IMG/VR virus record: IMGVR_UViG_3300023179_000057
Span: 27,655-91,654 of that record
Source of the DNA: a virus
Strand: one strand, 5' to 3'
Length of the DNA: 64,000 nucleotides
Part shown: piece after piece, positions 31,203 to 41,134 of the stretch
How positions within the stretch are numbered: the stretch's first letter is position 1
Layout of the letters: every line of letters begins with the position of its first letter
Notes under the pieces: model-generated
Databases searched by the model: none
Told to the model about the DNA's origin: nothing
The model's input: only the letters and a program-made list of their open reading frames with translations
Position numbers and translations under genes: made by a program

Positions 31203-32662
31203 AACAAGTAAAAAGTTTAACTGTTGTTGGTGGTGGAACATCTGGATTAATTGCTGCATTAATTTTAAAATCAAGAAGTGATATAGATGTAAAATTAATT
31301 TATTCATCAAAAATTGAAATTTTAGGAGTTGGAGAAGGAACAACAGAACATTTTGGACAATTTATGTCTTTTGTTGGAATTAAACATAGTGAAATAATTA
31401 AAGAATGTGGTGCTACCTTTAAATTGGCGGTAGTTTTTGAAGATTGGGTTCCAAATAAAAAAACATATATTCATAGTGTAAATCATGGATTTTCTCATGA
31501 ACTTGGACAATATTGTTCTGTTTATGCAAAACAAATATCTGAAAATTCAGACTACATATATAGAAAAAATATAGAAAAAAATTTAGTACAAATAAATTCA
31601 ACTAATATAGATAACTATTCACCAGTAAATCAATATCATTTTGATAATTTTAAATTAAATAAATTTTTAAGAAAAAAAGCAATTGATAAAAATATAACAA
31701 TTATTGATGATGACATTATTGATGTTGAATTAAATAATGAAGGATATATAGATAATTTAATTGGATTAAAATCAAGATATAGTTCTGATTTCTATTTAGA
31801 TGCAACTGGATTTAAAAGAATATTAATGAATAAATTAAATGCTAAATGGATTTCATATAATAAATTTTTAAAAGTAAATTCTGCTATTGTATTTCCAACT
31901 GGGGATGAAGAAAATTATAATTATTTTTCATTATCAAAAGCAATGAATTCAGGCTGGAGATTTAAAATACCAACTTGGGGTAGACATGGAAATGGGTATA
32001 TTTTTGATAATAATTTTATTACGGCTGATGAAGCAAAAATAGAAATAGAAAAAGATTTGGGTTACGAGGTTGAAATTGCAAAAACATTCAAATTTGATGC
32101 TGGAGCATTAGAAAATGTATGGATAAAAAATTGTGTTGGAATAGGGGTTTGTGGAAATTTCTTTGAACCACTTGAAGCAACATCTATTGGACTAACCATT
32201 CAACAAAGTTTTTTATTAATGCATAGAATGCAAAATTATGATGAAATAGTTATAAAAGAATATAATAAATCATTTACCAACATGGTTGAAAATATTAGAG
32301 ATTTTATTTGTTTACATTATATAACTAAAAAAAATAATACTGAATTTTGGAAAAATAATTTAAAAACGGATATTCCAGATTCTTTAAAATATAATTTAGA
32401 AAAATGGAAAAATAAACTTCCAATAAGAGAAGATTTTGTTGGAAATTCAAACTACACAATGTTTGGACCAAATAATTTTATAACAGTTATGGCAGGACTT
32501 GATTTATTTAACAAATCTGCAATTTTAGATGAATATAATTTTTTATCTAAGAATTTAAAAAACATAACTGAGTATATTTTATTTAAAATTACAGAAAGTG
32601 AAAACAGTGAAAATTATTTAACTCATAAACAAATTTTAAAAATAATAAGAAATGAAGAATAA
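31199..32662 (+). CDS. Flavin-dependent tryptophan-halogenase-family protein
   Basis: VGGGTSG, GVGEGT, ATFK (catalytic Lys position), DATGF, GWRFKIP, FEPLEATSI. Confidence 0.9.
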   Translation: MKQVKSLTVVGGGTSGLIAALILKSRSDIDVKLIYSSKIEILGVGEGTTEHFGQFMSFVGIKHSEIIKECGATFKLAVVFEDWVPNKKTYIHSVNHGFSHELGQYCSVYAKQISENSDYIYRKNIEKNLVQINSTNIDNYSPVNQYHFDNFKLNKFLRKKAIDKNITIIDDDIIDVELNNEGYIDNLIGLKSRYSSDFYLDATGFKRILMNKLNAKWISYNKFLKVNSAIVFPTGDEENYNYFSLSKAMNSGWRFKIPTWGRHGNGYIFDNNFITADEAKIEIEKDLGYEVEIAKTFKFDAGALENVWIKNCVGIGVCGNFFEPLEATSIGLTIQQSFLLMHRMQNYDEIVIKEYNKSFTNMVENIRDFICLHYITKKNNTEFWKNNLKTDIPDSLKYNLEKWKNKLPIREDFVGNSNYTMFGPNNFITVMAGLDLFNKSAILDEYNFLSKNLKNITEYILFKITESENSENYLTHKQILKIIRNEE

Positions 32663-33297
32663 TGCCAGAATTAAACGCCAACATACCACCAATTGAGTGT
32701 TACGTTCGTGGTAACTATTTAAGAAATCAAAAAGATAGCCACGACAAATATTTTCCATGCGTTATTTTTGGAGTTGCAAGTATAAAAAGCAGAAGTCCTT
32801 TATTCCATTTAATGATGGAAGATGGCGGTTTATGGTGGAGAATGCCAATTAATGCATTTTGTGCAAAACCTGAAGTTCCAGAAGAAGATTTGCATAATTT
32901 AGTTTTATGGAATTCCTTTAGTCATCACGTATCTGTAACAAAATTTGAAAATTTAACAAATCTTAAAATGTCATACATTGATAGAACAAAAACTATGCAT
33001 AAAGGAACATATTTATTTACCCTTGATTGGCATAATCCAGACTCTAATGTTTTAGATGATGGTTATTCAGAAAATCCAGCGGAACATAAATGTGGACATG
33101 TTATACAAAGAGATGATGGAAATTTTGCCATACAGCCAAATAATAGAGTTCGTATATATGAGCCATCATTTACTTTAAAGAAAGATTTTGTTATTGATAG
33201 AATAATTAATGAAAGAAAATGGGATGTAGAAAATCAAGATAAATGGACTTTAGAAGATTCTGATAGATTTAATTATGATATTAATGAGAAAAGTTGA
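32662..33297 (+). CDS. Conserved phage hypothetical protein
   Basis: YLFTLDW...EHKC.H...GNFAIQPNNR; function unknown. Confidence 0.6.
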   Translation: MPELNANIPPIECYVRGNYLRNQKDSHDKYFPCVIFGVASIKSRSPLFHLMMEDGGLWWRMPINAFCAKPEVPEEDLHNLVLWNSFSHHVSVTKFENLTNLKMSYIDRTKTMHKGTYLFTLDWHNPDSNVLDDGYSENPAEHKCGHVIQRDDGNFAIQPNNRVRIYEPSFTLKKDFVIDRIINERKWDVENQDKWTLEDSDRFNYDINEKS

Positions 33298-33308
33298 CAA
33301 ATAATTTT

Positions 33309-33464
33309 ATGACTGCTAAACTATATACAAGCGAGGCTTGGCTCCGTAAAAGGTTTGTTATGGACAAAAAGTCTCCACAGGATATTGCCAAGGAGTGTGG
33401 AACTAGTGTTGAAACTGTTTATGTATACCTTGCAAAATTTGGACTAAGGAAATCAAAACGATGA
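33309..33464 (+). CDS. Small HTH DNA-binding protein (not in ORF track)
   Basis: MTAKLYTSEAWLRKRF...SPQDIAKECGTSVETVYVYLAKFGL. Confidence 0.7.
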   Translation: MTAKLYTSEAWLRKRFVMDKKSPQDIAKECGTSVETVYVYLAKFGLRKSKR

Positions 33465-33796
33465 AGTTACAGCCAGTTTTTGAAGATGCAAAAGATTTTT
33501 CTTGTGGAGATCTGTATTTTCATTCTATTTCTGCACCTTCTGGAAAAAAAATTTGGTCAACATGTCATGAAATTGCACAAATGCTTATTAATAAAAATAT
33601 TGCATATGGAGATTCTGCTTTAGAACCTGTTAGAATTTTTAGTAAATCAGATGCAGTTGAACAACTTAGAGTTAGAATTGATGATAAATTAAGTAGACTT
33701 ATGAAAGGTACAGACTATATTGGAGATAATGATATAGATGATCTTATTGGATATTTAGTATTGCTTAAAATAGCAAAGGAAAAAAATGTCAACTGA
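33461..33796 (+). CDS. DUF1599/Nmad1-like (MazG-related) nucleotide-modification-associated protein
   Basis: KNIAYGDS...RIDDKLSR...DLIGYLVL. Confidence 0.65.
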   Translation: MKLQPVFEDAKDFSCGDLYFHSISAPSGKKIWSTCHEIAQMLINKNIAYGDSALEPVRIFSKSDAVEQLRVRIDDKLSRLMKGTDYIGDNDIDDLIGYLVLLKIAKEKNVN

Positions 33797-34322
33797 AACA
33801 GAATTAATTGAACATCTTGATGAAGTTAATAAAGTTGTTGCAGAATATTTAAAAGGTCAAGATCCAACAAAAATATCTAAAGAATTAAACATACCACGAA
33901 CTCGTGTTGTTGCATTAATTAATGAGTGGAAGGTTATGGCATCTGCTAATGATGCTATTCGTGCTCGTGCTAAAGAGGCTCTTGCTGCTGCAGATACACA
34001 CTACAGTAAACTTATTTCAAAATCTTATGAAGTTATTGATGAAGCATCAATGACTAATAATCTTAGCGCAAAAACTCAAGCAATCAAACTAGTTATGGAT
34101 ATTGAAAAATCTAGAATTGAAATGCTACAAAAGGCAGGCTTATTAGAAAATAAAGAACTTGCAGAAGAAATGGTAGAAATAGAAAAACGTCAAGATGTTT
34201 TAGTTGAAATTCTTAGAGAAATTGCTTCAAGTCATCCAGAAGTTCGTGACTTAATCATGCAAAGACTTTCTCAGATTGCTAAAGAAGGGGAGGTAATTAC
34301 AATTGTCCACGATGTTCAATGA
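33786..34322 (+). CDS. Terminase small subunit, putative
   Basis: N-terminal HTH plus coiled coil, overlaps terL. Confidence 0.55.
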   Translation: MSTETELIEHLDEVNKVVAEYLKGQDPTKISKELNIPRTRVVALINEWKVMASANDAIRARAKEALAAADTHYSKLISKSYEVIDEASMTNNLSAKTQAIKLVMDIEKSRIEMLQKAGLLENKELAEEMVEIEKRQDVLVEILREIASSHPEVRDLIMQRLSQIAKEGEVITIVHDVQ

Positions 34323-36087
34323 TTTTCTTGAAGTATTAAAAGAAAACCATTTTGAAACATTACCAGTAGACGTAAAGACGTTTGTTGAGTCTGCTGATTA
34401 TTTAGGTCAACCGCCCCTGTCTCCAATTCAATATGACATTGTTGAGGCTATGAGTCAAATATACAAAAAAGAAGATTTACAAGAACTTTACGGTAGTGCT
34501 GAAGGTTCAAGGTATTATGATAAATATACTAAAAATGAAATTATTTTGCAATTAGGCAAGGGATCTGGAAAAGACTTTACATCTACCGTAGCATGTGCAT
34601 ATATTGTATACAAACTTTTATGTCTTAAAGATCCAGCAAGATATTTTGGAAAACCATCTGGAGATGCAATAGATTTAATTAACGTTGCTATTAACGCACA
34701 ACAGGCTAAAAATGTTTTTTTTAAAGGTTTTAAAACAAAGATAGAAAAATCACCATGGTTTGCGGGTAAGTATAATGCAAAAGTAGACTCAATTGAATTT
34801 GATAAATCTATTACAGTTTACTCTGGACATTCAGAAAGAGAGTCACATGAAGGTTTAAATATTATGCTTGCAGTCCTTGATGAAATTTCTGGTTTTGCAA
34901 CTGAAGTAGGAACTGGTAATGAACAAGGTAAAACAGCAGACAATATTTATAAAGCATTTCGTGGCACAGTAGATTCTCGTTTTCCAGATTTAGGTAAAGT
35001 TGTTTTACTTTCTTTTCCTCGTTTTCAAGGAGATTTTATTTCAAAACGTTACGAAGAAGTAATTGCAGAAAAAGAAATAGTTGAAAAAAAACATACATTT
35101 ATAATTAATGAAGAATTGCCACACGATAACCCTGGCAATCAATTTGAAATAACATGGGAAGAAGATAATATTATTTCTTATAAAATTCCTAGAGTGCTTG
35201 CATTAAAAAGACCTACATGGGAAGTTAATCCTACTCGTAAAATAGATGATTTTAAAATAGCATTTTTAACTGACCTTGGAGATGCAATGATGCGTTTTGT
35301 TTGTGTGCCGACATTTGCCTCAGATGCATTTTTTAAACAAAAAGATAAATTAGAAAAATGTATGAATACAAGAAATCCATTAGATTCATTTAGAAGATTT
35401 GATGAAACATTTAAACCAAATCCAGATAAAGTTTATTATATTCACGCTGACCTTGCACAAAAACACGATAAATGTGCCGTAGCAATTGCACATGTTGATA
35501 AATGGGTTAACATTCAAGTTATTAAAGATTATGAACAAGTAGCACCAATTGTAGTTGTTGACGCTGTTGCTTGGTGGGAACCAAAAGCAGAAGGACCAGT
35601 AAATTTATCTGAAGTAAAACAATGGATTATTAATTTACGTAGAGAAGGTTTTAATATTGGCATGGTTTCTTTTGACCGATGGCAATCATTTGATATTCAA
35701 AACGAATTACAGGCTGTTGGAATTAAAACAGAAACAGTTTCTGTTGCTAAAAAACATTATGAAGACTTGGCAATGATGATTTATGAAGAACGTGTTGCCA
35801 TTCCTATGATCCCATTATTATTAGAAGAAATGTCAGAATTAAAAATTATGAAAGGAAATAGAGTTGATCATCCACGTAAAAAATCTAAAGACCTTGCAGA
35901 TGCAGTTTGCGGAGCGGTATTTGGAGCAATATCTCATACTCAAAGAAATATGAATCTTGAGATTGATATTCATACGTGGTCTACTTCTACACGACTTGCA
36001 GAAAAACAAAGGTCTATGGTAGAATTGGATAACAGGAAAATGCCTGAAGACGTTAGGGATTTTCTTGATCAATTAAATATAATATAG
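34303..36087 (+). CDS. terL: Terminase large subunit
   Basis: GKGSGKD Walker A, VLDE Walker B, HADLA and DHP...KDLADAV nuclease motifs. Confidence 0.92.
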   Translation: MSTMFNDFLEVLKENHFETLPVDVKTFVESADYLGQPPLSPIQYDIVEAMSQIYKKEDLQELYGSAEGSRYYDKYTKNEIILQLGKGSGKDFTSTVACAYIVYKLLCLKDPARYFGKPSGDAIDLINVAINAQQAKNVFFKGFKTKIEKSPWFAGKYNAKVDSIEFDKSITVYSGHSERESHEGLNIMLAVLDEISGFATEVGTGNEQGKTADNIYKAFRGTVDSRFPDLGKVVLLSFPRFQGDFISKRYEEVIAEKEIVEKKHTFIINEELPHDNPGNQFEITWEEDNIISYKIPRVLALKRPTWEVNPTRKIDDFKIAFLTDLGDAMMRFVCVPTFASDAFFKQKDKLEKCMNTRNPLDSFRRFDETFKPNPDKVYYIHADLAQKHDKCAVAIAHVDKWVNIQVIKDYEQVAPIVVVDAVAWWEPKAEGPVNLSEVKQWIINLRREGFNIGMVSFDRWQSFDIQNELQAVGIKTETVSVAKKHYEDLAMMIYEERVAIPMIPLLLEEMSELKIMKGNRVDHPRKKSKDLADAVCGAVFGAISHTQRNMNLEIDIHTWSTSTRLAEKQRSMVELDNRKMPEDVRDFLDQLNII

Positions 36088-36106
36088 AACAACAACAAGG
36101 AGAAAA

Positions 36107-37723
36107 ATGAATTCATTTAAGAGAATCGCACTTGTTACGGCTGCAGCAGTAGCAAGCACATTCTTTGTTGCAGTTCCACAGGCTCAAGCAGCAGTAACTA
36201 ACGGATATGTACTATCCGATTCGTTGGCTGCAGGTGCTCGTGGAGTAACAGTATTAGCAGACACAACCAAGGCAGAGGCTGGAGTTAATGCAGTAGTTGT
36301 ATTAACTACAAGCGATACCTTGGCTTCTACAGCAGATGACAACGTTACGTTAGAAATTGCTGGACCTGCATCATTTACTGATTACACAGCAGCAGGGTCA
36401 AATCCTACTGGCGTAACACTTACCAGTTTAGGTAAATTATTTACATTTACAGCAACAACATCAGCAGCAGTAGGTTTACCAACAAATGTTAAACTAACTA
36501 TTAATGGTGCAGGTACTGTAACTGTAACTCAAAAGAAGAAGGTTGGATCAACTACTTTTACAATTGATATTAAAACAATCTACGCAGGAACAACCGCAAA
36601 GACAAATGTATTGTCTGTAGCAGATTCACATGTTCGTATTCAAGATACAGCAACACAAGGAACACTAACATCTAGCGTAGATGTTGCAACAGCAACTGCT
36701 GTTACCAATGCTGGTACAGGTTACATTAACGTCCGTGCAATGGATGCTTATGCAGCCGAATTATCAACAAGTGGTGTAATTCAAGCAAGCGCATCAGGTG
36801 GTGCAGTAGTGGCATGGGATGCTGCTCCAAGCACACAAGTAAATGCAGCAGCAAAGACTGGTACTGCTGGAGTTCTACATGTAGTTCAAGGAACTGCTAA
36901 TGAGAACAAGCCAGTAACTACAACAGTTACAATTACATTTAACGGTACAACTCTTGCAACAAAAACACTAACATTTACAGGTCGTGCAGCATCTATTTTA
37001 GTAACTGGAGTAGACATTGCACAATCTAATGGAGCACGTACAGGAACCTATGACTTTGTTGTTAAGGATTCCGCTGGTAATCAATTGGCTGGTATTACTC
37101 CAGTTGCTGATACAACCAAGTACACATCACAAGTAACTTCTGTTTCTGTAGGTGGAGCATCATCTGCAACAGCAGTACAAACTGGTGGATGGACATGTGC
37201 TTCAACATCAGGTTCAGCAACAGTGCGTATTTCACATACACACTCAGATGCAACAGTTATTTATTCAAATGATTTTGTTGCAGCATGTGCTGCTGGTGTA
37301 GACAAGTACACAGCAACTCTTGATAAGAAAGAGTACAAGGCTGGAGAAATTGCAACATTAACAATCTCAGCAACAGATGCAAATGGTGCTAAGGTACATG
37401 GTGCAGCAACTCTAGGTGCTGGCGTAGCAATTTCAGGTGGACAGTTGACAGCAGTTTCTGCTCCAACATCTGCTGACGTATTTGACACTGCTGGATCAAG
37501 ATCAATTAAGTTTACAGTAGGCAATACTGCTGGGGCATATAACTTGATTGTAGATCTACCAGCATACGTAGCAACTGATTCAGCAAAGGTAGTTTCTTAC
37601 TCCGTTGTTGATGCTTCAGGTGCAGTATCTAATGCTGAAGTATTAAAAGCAATTGTTGCTTTGATTGCACAAATCAATAAGCAAATTGCAGCATTACAGA
37701 AATTGATTCTCGCAAAGAAGTAA
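36107..37723 (+). CDS. Exported Ala/Thr/Val-rich Ig-like repeat protein (S-layer-like)
   Basis: Sec signal (KRIAL...AQA), beta-rich body (VKDSAGN, ATDANG), amphipathic basic C-terminal helix. Confidence 0.7.
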   Translation: MNSFKRIALVTAAAVASTFFVAVPQAQAAVTNGYVLSDSLAAGARGVTVLADTTKAEAGVNAVVVLTTSDTLASTADDNVTLEIAGPASFTDYTAAGSNPTGVTLTSLGKLFTFTATTSAAVGLPTNVKLTINGAGTVTVTQKKKVGSTTFTIDIKTIYAGTTAKTNVLSVADSHVRIQDTATQGTLTSSVDVATATAVTNAGTGYINVRAMDAYAAELSTSGVIQASASGGAVVAWDAAPSTQVNAAAKTGTAGVLHVVQGTANENKPVTTTVTITFNGTTLATKTLTFTGRAASILVTGVDIAQSNGARTGTYDFVVKDSAGNQLAGITPVADTTKYTSQVTSVSVGGASSATAVQTGGWTCASTSGSATVRISHTHSDATVIYSNDFVAACAAGVDKYTATLDKKEYKAGEIATLTISATDANGAKVHGAATLGAGVAISGGQLTAVSAPTSADVFDTAGSRSIKFTVGNTAGAYNLIVDLPAYVATDSAKVVSYSVVDASGAVSNAEVLKAIVALIAQINKQIAALQKLILAKK

Positions 37724-37738
37724 TTTCTTAATAAAATT

Positions 37739-37772
37739 AGAGGGTAGATTAATTTCTACCCTCTTTTTTTAT
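37739..37772 (+). terminator. Intrinsic terminator
   Basis: AGAGGGTAGA-ttaatt-TCTACCCTCT then T run. Confidence 0.9.
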
Positions 37773-37846
37773 TGTAGTTGTTATGATTAATAAAATAAAA
37801 AATGATATAATTAGTTATACAATTACACATCGGAGTTGGCCCCCAC

Positions 37847-40327
37847 TTGAAAAGCATTAAACGTAAACTTATAATAGCCTTTGGGGTAGGTTTATGCGTA
37901 ACAATTTTTGGAATTATGGCTCCAGAACATGCTGGTGCTACAGAAAATCAAGAGCAAGTTGTTATTAGTCCTGCTCAACAAGCAGTCAATACAGCCATTG
38001 CAACCGCTACTACAGAGGTTCAACAGGCTATTACAGCCACAAACAATGCTGCAGTAGAAGTATCACAAGCACAAACCGAATTATCTCAAGCACAGTCTGC
38101 TGTATCTACTTTATCTCCATTAATATCTACAGCACAAACTGAAGTAAATAATGTTCAAACTGCAATTAATACAGTTAATGCTATTAATCTTGCAGTTACC
38201 CCAGTAGATCAAAGTTCTCAAGTAATTCAAGACGCTAAAGATACAGTTACTGATGCTCAAACTGCTATAAATAATATTGATATAACTACCGCTCAAACAG
38301 AAATTTCTCAACTAGTAACTGCTAGAACCGAAGCGGTAACTGCACAAGCAACTGCACAAACAGAATTAACTCAAGCAAACATTGCTATTGATAATGCTCA
38401 AACAGCAGTAAATAATTTACAAGCAACTATTGGAACAACTACAAATGTGCTTGCTGGAGTAGATGATGCTGGAGTTCAAATGAATCTTCCATTTGGAATG
38501 CAGATGGGCGGTACTGTTTATAACAATATATTTGTTGGCTCAAATGCTACTATAACATTTGGAGTAAATGAAGGATGGATTTATTATCAAACCCCAAATG
38601 CTCCATCAGTATCTATTGCTGGGTGGGACTGGACTACATGGAGTACTGGAACTGGGATTACATATTCAACTACTGGAACTAGTTTAGATATTGCTTGGGA
38701 TGTAAGGCCATTTCCACAACAAGATGCTTCTACACAAATGGTTCAAATAAGATTTAATGCTGATGTAAATCCAGCAGATGGTGCCTGGATGGCTAATGTA
38801 ACTGCTGTTGGTCCAATACCAGCACAGGTAAGATTTAATTATAGAGAAACAACTAATGGAACAATTATTCCAATAACAGATACTAATTCTGGCTCAGGAT
38901 TTGCAGGACAAATAAGTCAAGGTAATTCATTTACTCCATATATAGATCCAAATACTTCTTCTGTTCAAGCAGCCGTAGATGCAGCAAATGCTACAATTAC
39001 TCAACTTAATCAAAGTCTTTCTCCAGTTGTTGCACAAAATGCTACTAATAATTCTGCAATCTCAAACCTTCAATCACAAATTAATACATTAAATAATACA
39101 GTTGGACAAAAAACAACATTGCAAAATACACTCAATACAAGGGCTGCAACATTAACTAATATTATTAATAATAATATTCCAACTCCTGCCCCTATACTTG
39201 CAGCACCAGTTGTTCAAGGAACAACAGTCATAATTGCTCCTGAGTTACCAGCAGGGTATACAGCAAACACTTGGTTTTATCAAGTAATATCAAATGATCC
39301 AAATGCAGCAAATCCATACGAAGGACAAACATTAAATACAGATGGTGCTCCAGAGTCTATTGAGTTAACTGGTTTGACAGAGGGTGCTACTTATACTATT
39401 AGAGTTGCTAACTGGTCTGGACCTGTAAGTCAATATACTGAGACTGTTATTTCTATACCCGCACAACAAAGTTCTAATTTAACTGCTGGCGGTGGTTCTT
39501 ATGATCCTGTTGATAACAACGAACAAACTCAACCAGATGAGACCACTCCAGATGAAGGTGAGAATACAGAGACTGAACCGACTCCTGAAAATCCTGCAGA
39601 TGAGACACCTTCTGAAGGTGATGAATCTCAAGATACGGATACACCTGAATCTGATGACTCTTCATCCACCGACGAACAAGATAATAGTTCCGAAGAAACT
39701 CAGGATGACTCAGATGAAAGTTCACAAGATAATGATACCTTATCTGTTGAAGAAATACAAGAGGCTGTAAACGATTTAATTGCAGATGGTGCAATTACAG
39801 CATCAGATGTTGAAGCGATATTAGAAGCATTATCTGCAGATGGAGATATTACTACAGCAGAAGTTGTAAATTTATCTGAAGCCTTATCAGAAGACGGTGT
39901 ATTAACGTTAGCAGAAAAAGATTTGGTAGCAGAAGCATTAGTTGAGTCTGCAAAGGGTGCTCCAATTGAAGCAGCAGCCATTCAAGCAGCGGGACTTGAA
40001 TATAGAGATCTTCCTCCTCAAATACCAGTAGAGGTAAGAGAAGATGCTAATGGTAATCCTGTTGTTATTACAGCAGAAGTTGCTTCAGCGTTATTAACAT
40101 TAGAATCCCCTGCTGCATTAGCAGGAGCCATAATTGGATGCTTTAATCCAGATGAGGCTATTGAAGGTTTGACAGAAGAACAAAAATGTGAAGTATTTAA
40201 GGCACTTGCAAATATAGGTGCTGATATGTCACCACAAGAAAGACAAAAAGCCAAAGAAGTACTTGTTGCAGCCGTTTTGGTTGGACAGATAATTCTTGGT
40301 AGTTCAATAATAAGAATAAGAGGATAA
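37847..40327 (+). CDS. Large exported, C-terminally anchored protein (coiled coil, beta domain, FN3, acidic linker)
   Basis: Signal peptide, Q/T/A heptads, LTGLTEGATYTIRVAN FN3, D/E/P/S linker, C-terminal hydrophobic helix. Confidence 0.7.
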   Translation: MKSIKRKLIIAFGVGLCVTIFGIMAPEHAGATENQEQVVISPAQQAVNTAIATATTEVQQAITATNNAAVEVSQAQTELSQAQSAVSTLSPLISTAQTEVNNVQTAINTVNAINLAVTPVDQSSQVIQDAKDTVTDAQTAINNIDITTAQTEISQLVTARTEAVTAQATAQTELTQANIAIDNAQTAVNNLQATIGTTTNVLAGVDDAGVQMNLPFGMQMGGTVYNNIFVGSNATITFGVNEGWIYYQTPNAPSVSIAGWDWTTWSTGTGITYSTTGTSLDIAWDVRPFPQQDASTQMVQIRFNADVNPADGAWMANVTAVGPIPAQVRFNYRETTNGTIIPITDTNSGSGFAGQISQGNSFTPYIDPNTSSVQAAVDAANATITQLNQSLSPVVAQNATNNSAISNLQSQINTLNNTVGQKTTLQNTLNTRAATLTNIINNNIPTPAPILAAPVVQGTTVIIAPELPAGYTANTWFYQVISNDPNAANPYEGQTLNTDGAPESIELTGLTEGATYTIRVANWSGPVSQYTETVISIPAQQSSNLTAGGGSYDPVDNNEQTQPDETTPDEGENTETEPTPENPADETPSEGDESQDTDTPESDDSSSTDEQDNSSEETQDDSDESSQDNDTLSVEEIQEAVNDLIADGAITASDVEAILEALSADGDITTAEVVNLSEALSEDGVLTLAEKDLVAEALVESAKGAPIEAAAIQAAGLEYRDLPPQIPVEVREDANGNPVVITAEVASALLTLESPAALAGAIIGCFNPDEAIEGLTEEQKCEVFKALANIGADMSPQERQKAKEVLVAAVLVGQIILGSSIIRIRG

Positions 40328-40330
40328 AAA

Positions 40331-40510
40331 ATGGAATGGTTAAAAAAGAGAATTATGGCAATTCTCAGCGAAAACTTTACATTTCTTGGCTTCTTTGTAG
40401 CATGGGTGGTTTTAGAGGGTAGTGCAAAGACTGTTGTAGGATATGTAACTTTAGCGTCTGTAGCCATCTGGTTCTTAACTATAGGCATTCGTGAAGAAGA
40501 GGATAAATAA
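40331..40510 (+). CDS. Small 2-TM membrane protein (not in ORF track)
   Basis: MEWLKKR...FTFLGFFVAWVVLEGSAKTVVGYVTLASVAIWFLTIGIRE. Confidence 0.65.
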   Translation: MEWLKKRIMAILSENFTFLGFFVAWVVLEGSAKTVVGYVTLASVAIWFLTIGIREEEDK

Positions 40511-40528
40511 GTTTGATATAATGGGAAT

Positions 40529-40732
40529 ATGTCAAAAATACGCATATTCCTACTGTCAACTGTTTTAGCCCTATGGCTGACTGGTTGTGGATATGATGGA
40601 CATTATCGTTATCCATGTCAGAATCCAGCAAACTGGGAATCAGCAGAATGCAAGCCACCAATTTGTACTGCCAATGGAGCATGTCCAGAAGATTTAGCAA
40701 AAATAGAGGTGGAGGCAACAATAAATGGCTAA
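40529..40732 (+). CDS. Small Cys-rich lipoprotein
   Basis: Lipobox LTGC, four further Cys; leaderless promoter. Confidence 0.75.
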   Translation: MSKIRIFLLSTVLALWLTGCGYDGHYRYPCQNPANWESAECKPPICTANGACPEDLAKIEVEATING

Positions 40733-41132
40733 AGAAAGATTAACTCCTCAAGAGTTAGATGCAAGATTAAAGTTTATACTAGGAATTACACTAGGATCTA
40801 TTTTATTTATAACTGCAACAGGAATTATGTATGCATTAATATTTGTTACACAACCAATTACAGGACAATCAGAAAATGATAAAATGTTTTTTAACGTACT
40901 TGGATCAGTTGCAACTTTTATTACAGGAACATTAGCAGGACTATTAATTGGTCAGTCTGGTGCTAAAGATGTAATGGCAGCACAGATTGCAAACAAGGAA
41001 ATTGATGCTAAAAATACTTTAGCAGATAAAAAATTAGAAGCAGAAATTGATGAAGCAAAAGCACGTAGACTTGCTAAGCCAGATGGTGCAATGCCAGAAG
41101 AGCAACCAGTTGATACTGATTGGGATAAATAA
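40725..41132 (+). CDS. Holin-like 2-TM protein
   Basis: Two TM helices, charged C-tail, upstream of endolysin. Confidence 0.55.
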   Translation: MAKERLTPQELDARLKFILGITLGSILFITATGIMYALIFVTQPITGQSENDKMFFNVLGSVATFITGTLAGLLIGQSGAKDVMAAQIANKEIDAKNTLADKKLEAEIDEAKARRLAKPDGAMPEEQPVDTDWDK

Positions 41133-41134
41133 AA

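Noticed and set aside
20718-36087. Inteins or introns in DnaB, DnaE, RecA or TerL
   Set aside because: Lengths are normal, motifs are contiguous and no C...HN splice motifs or LAGLIDADG/HNH inserts were seen
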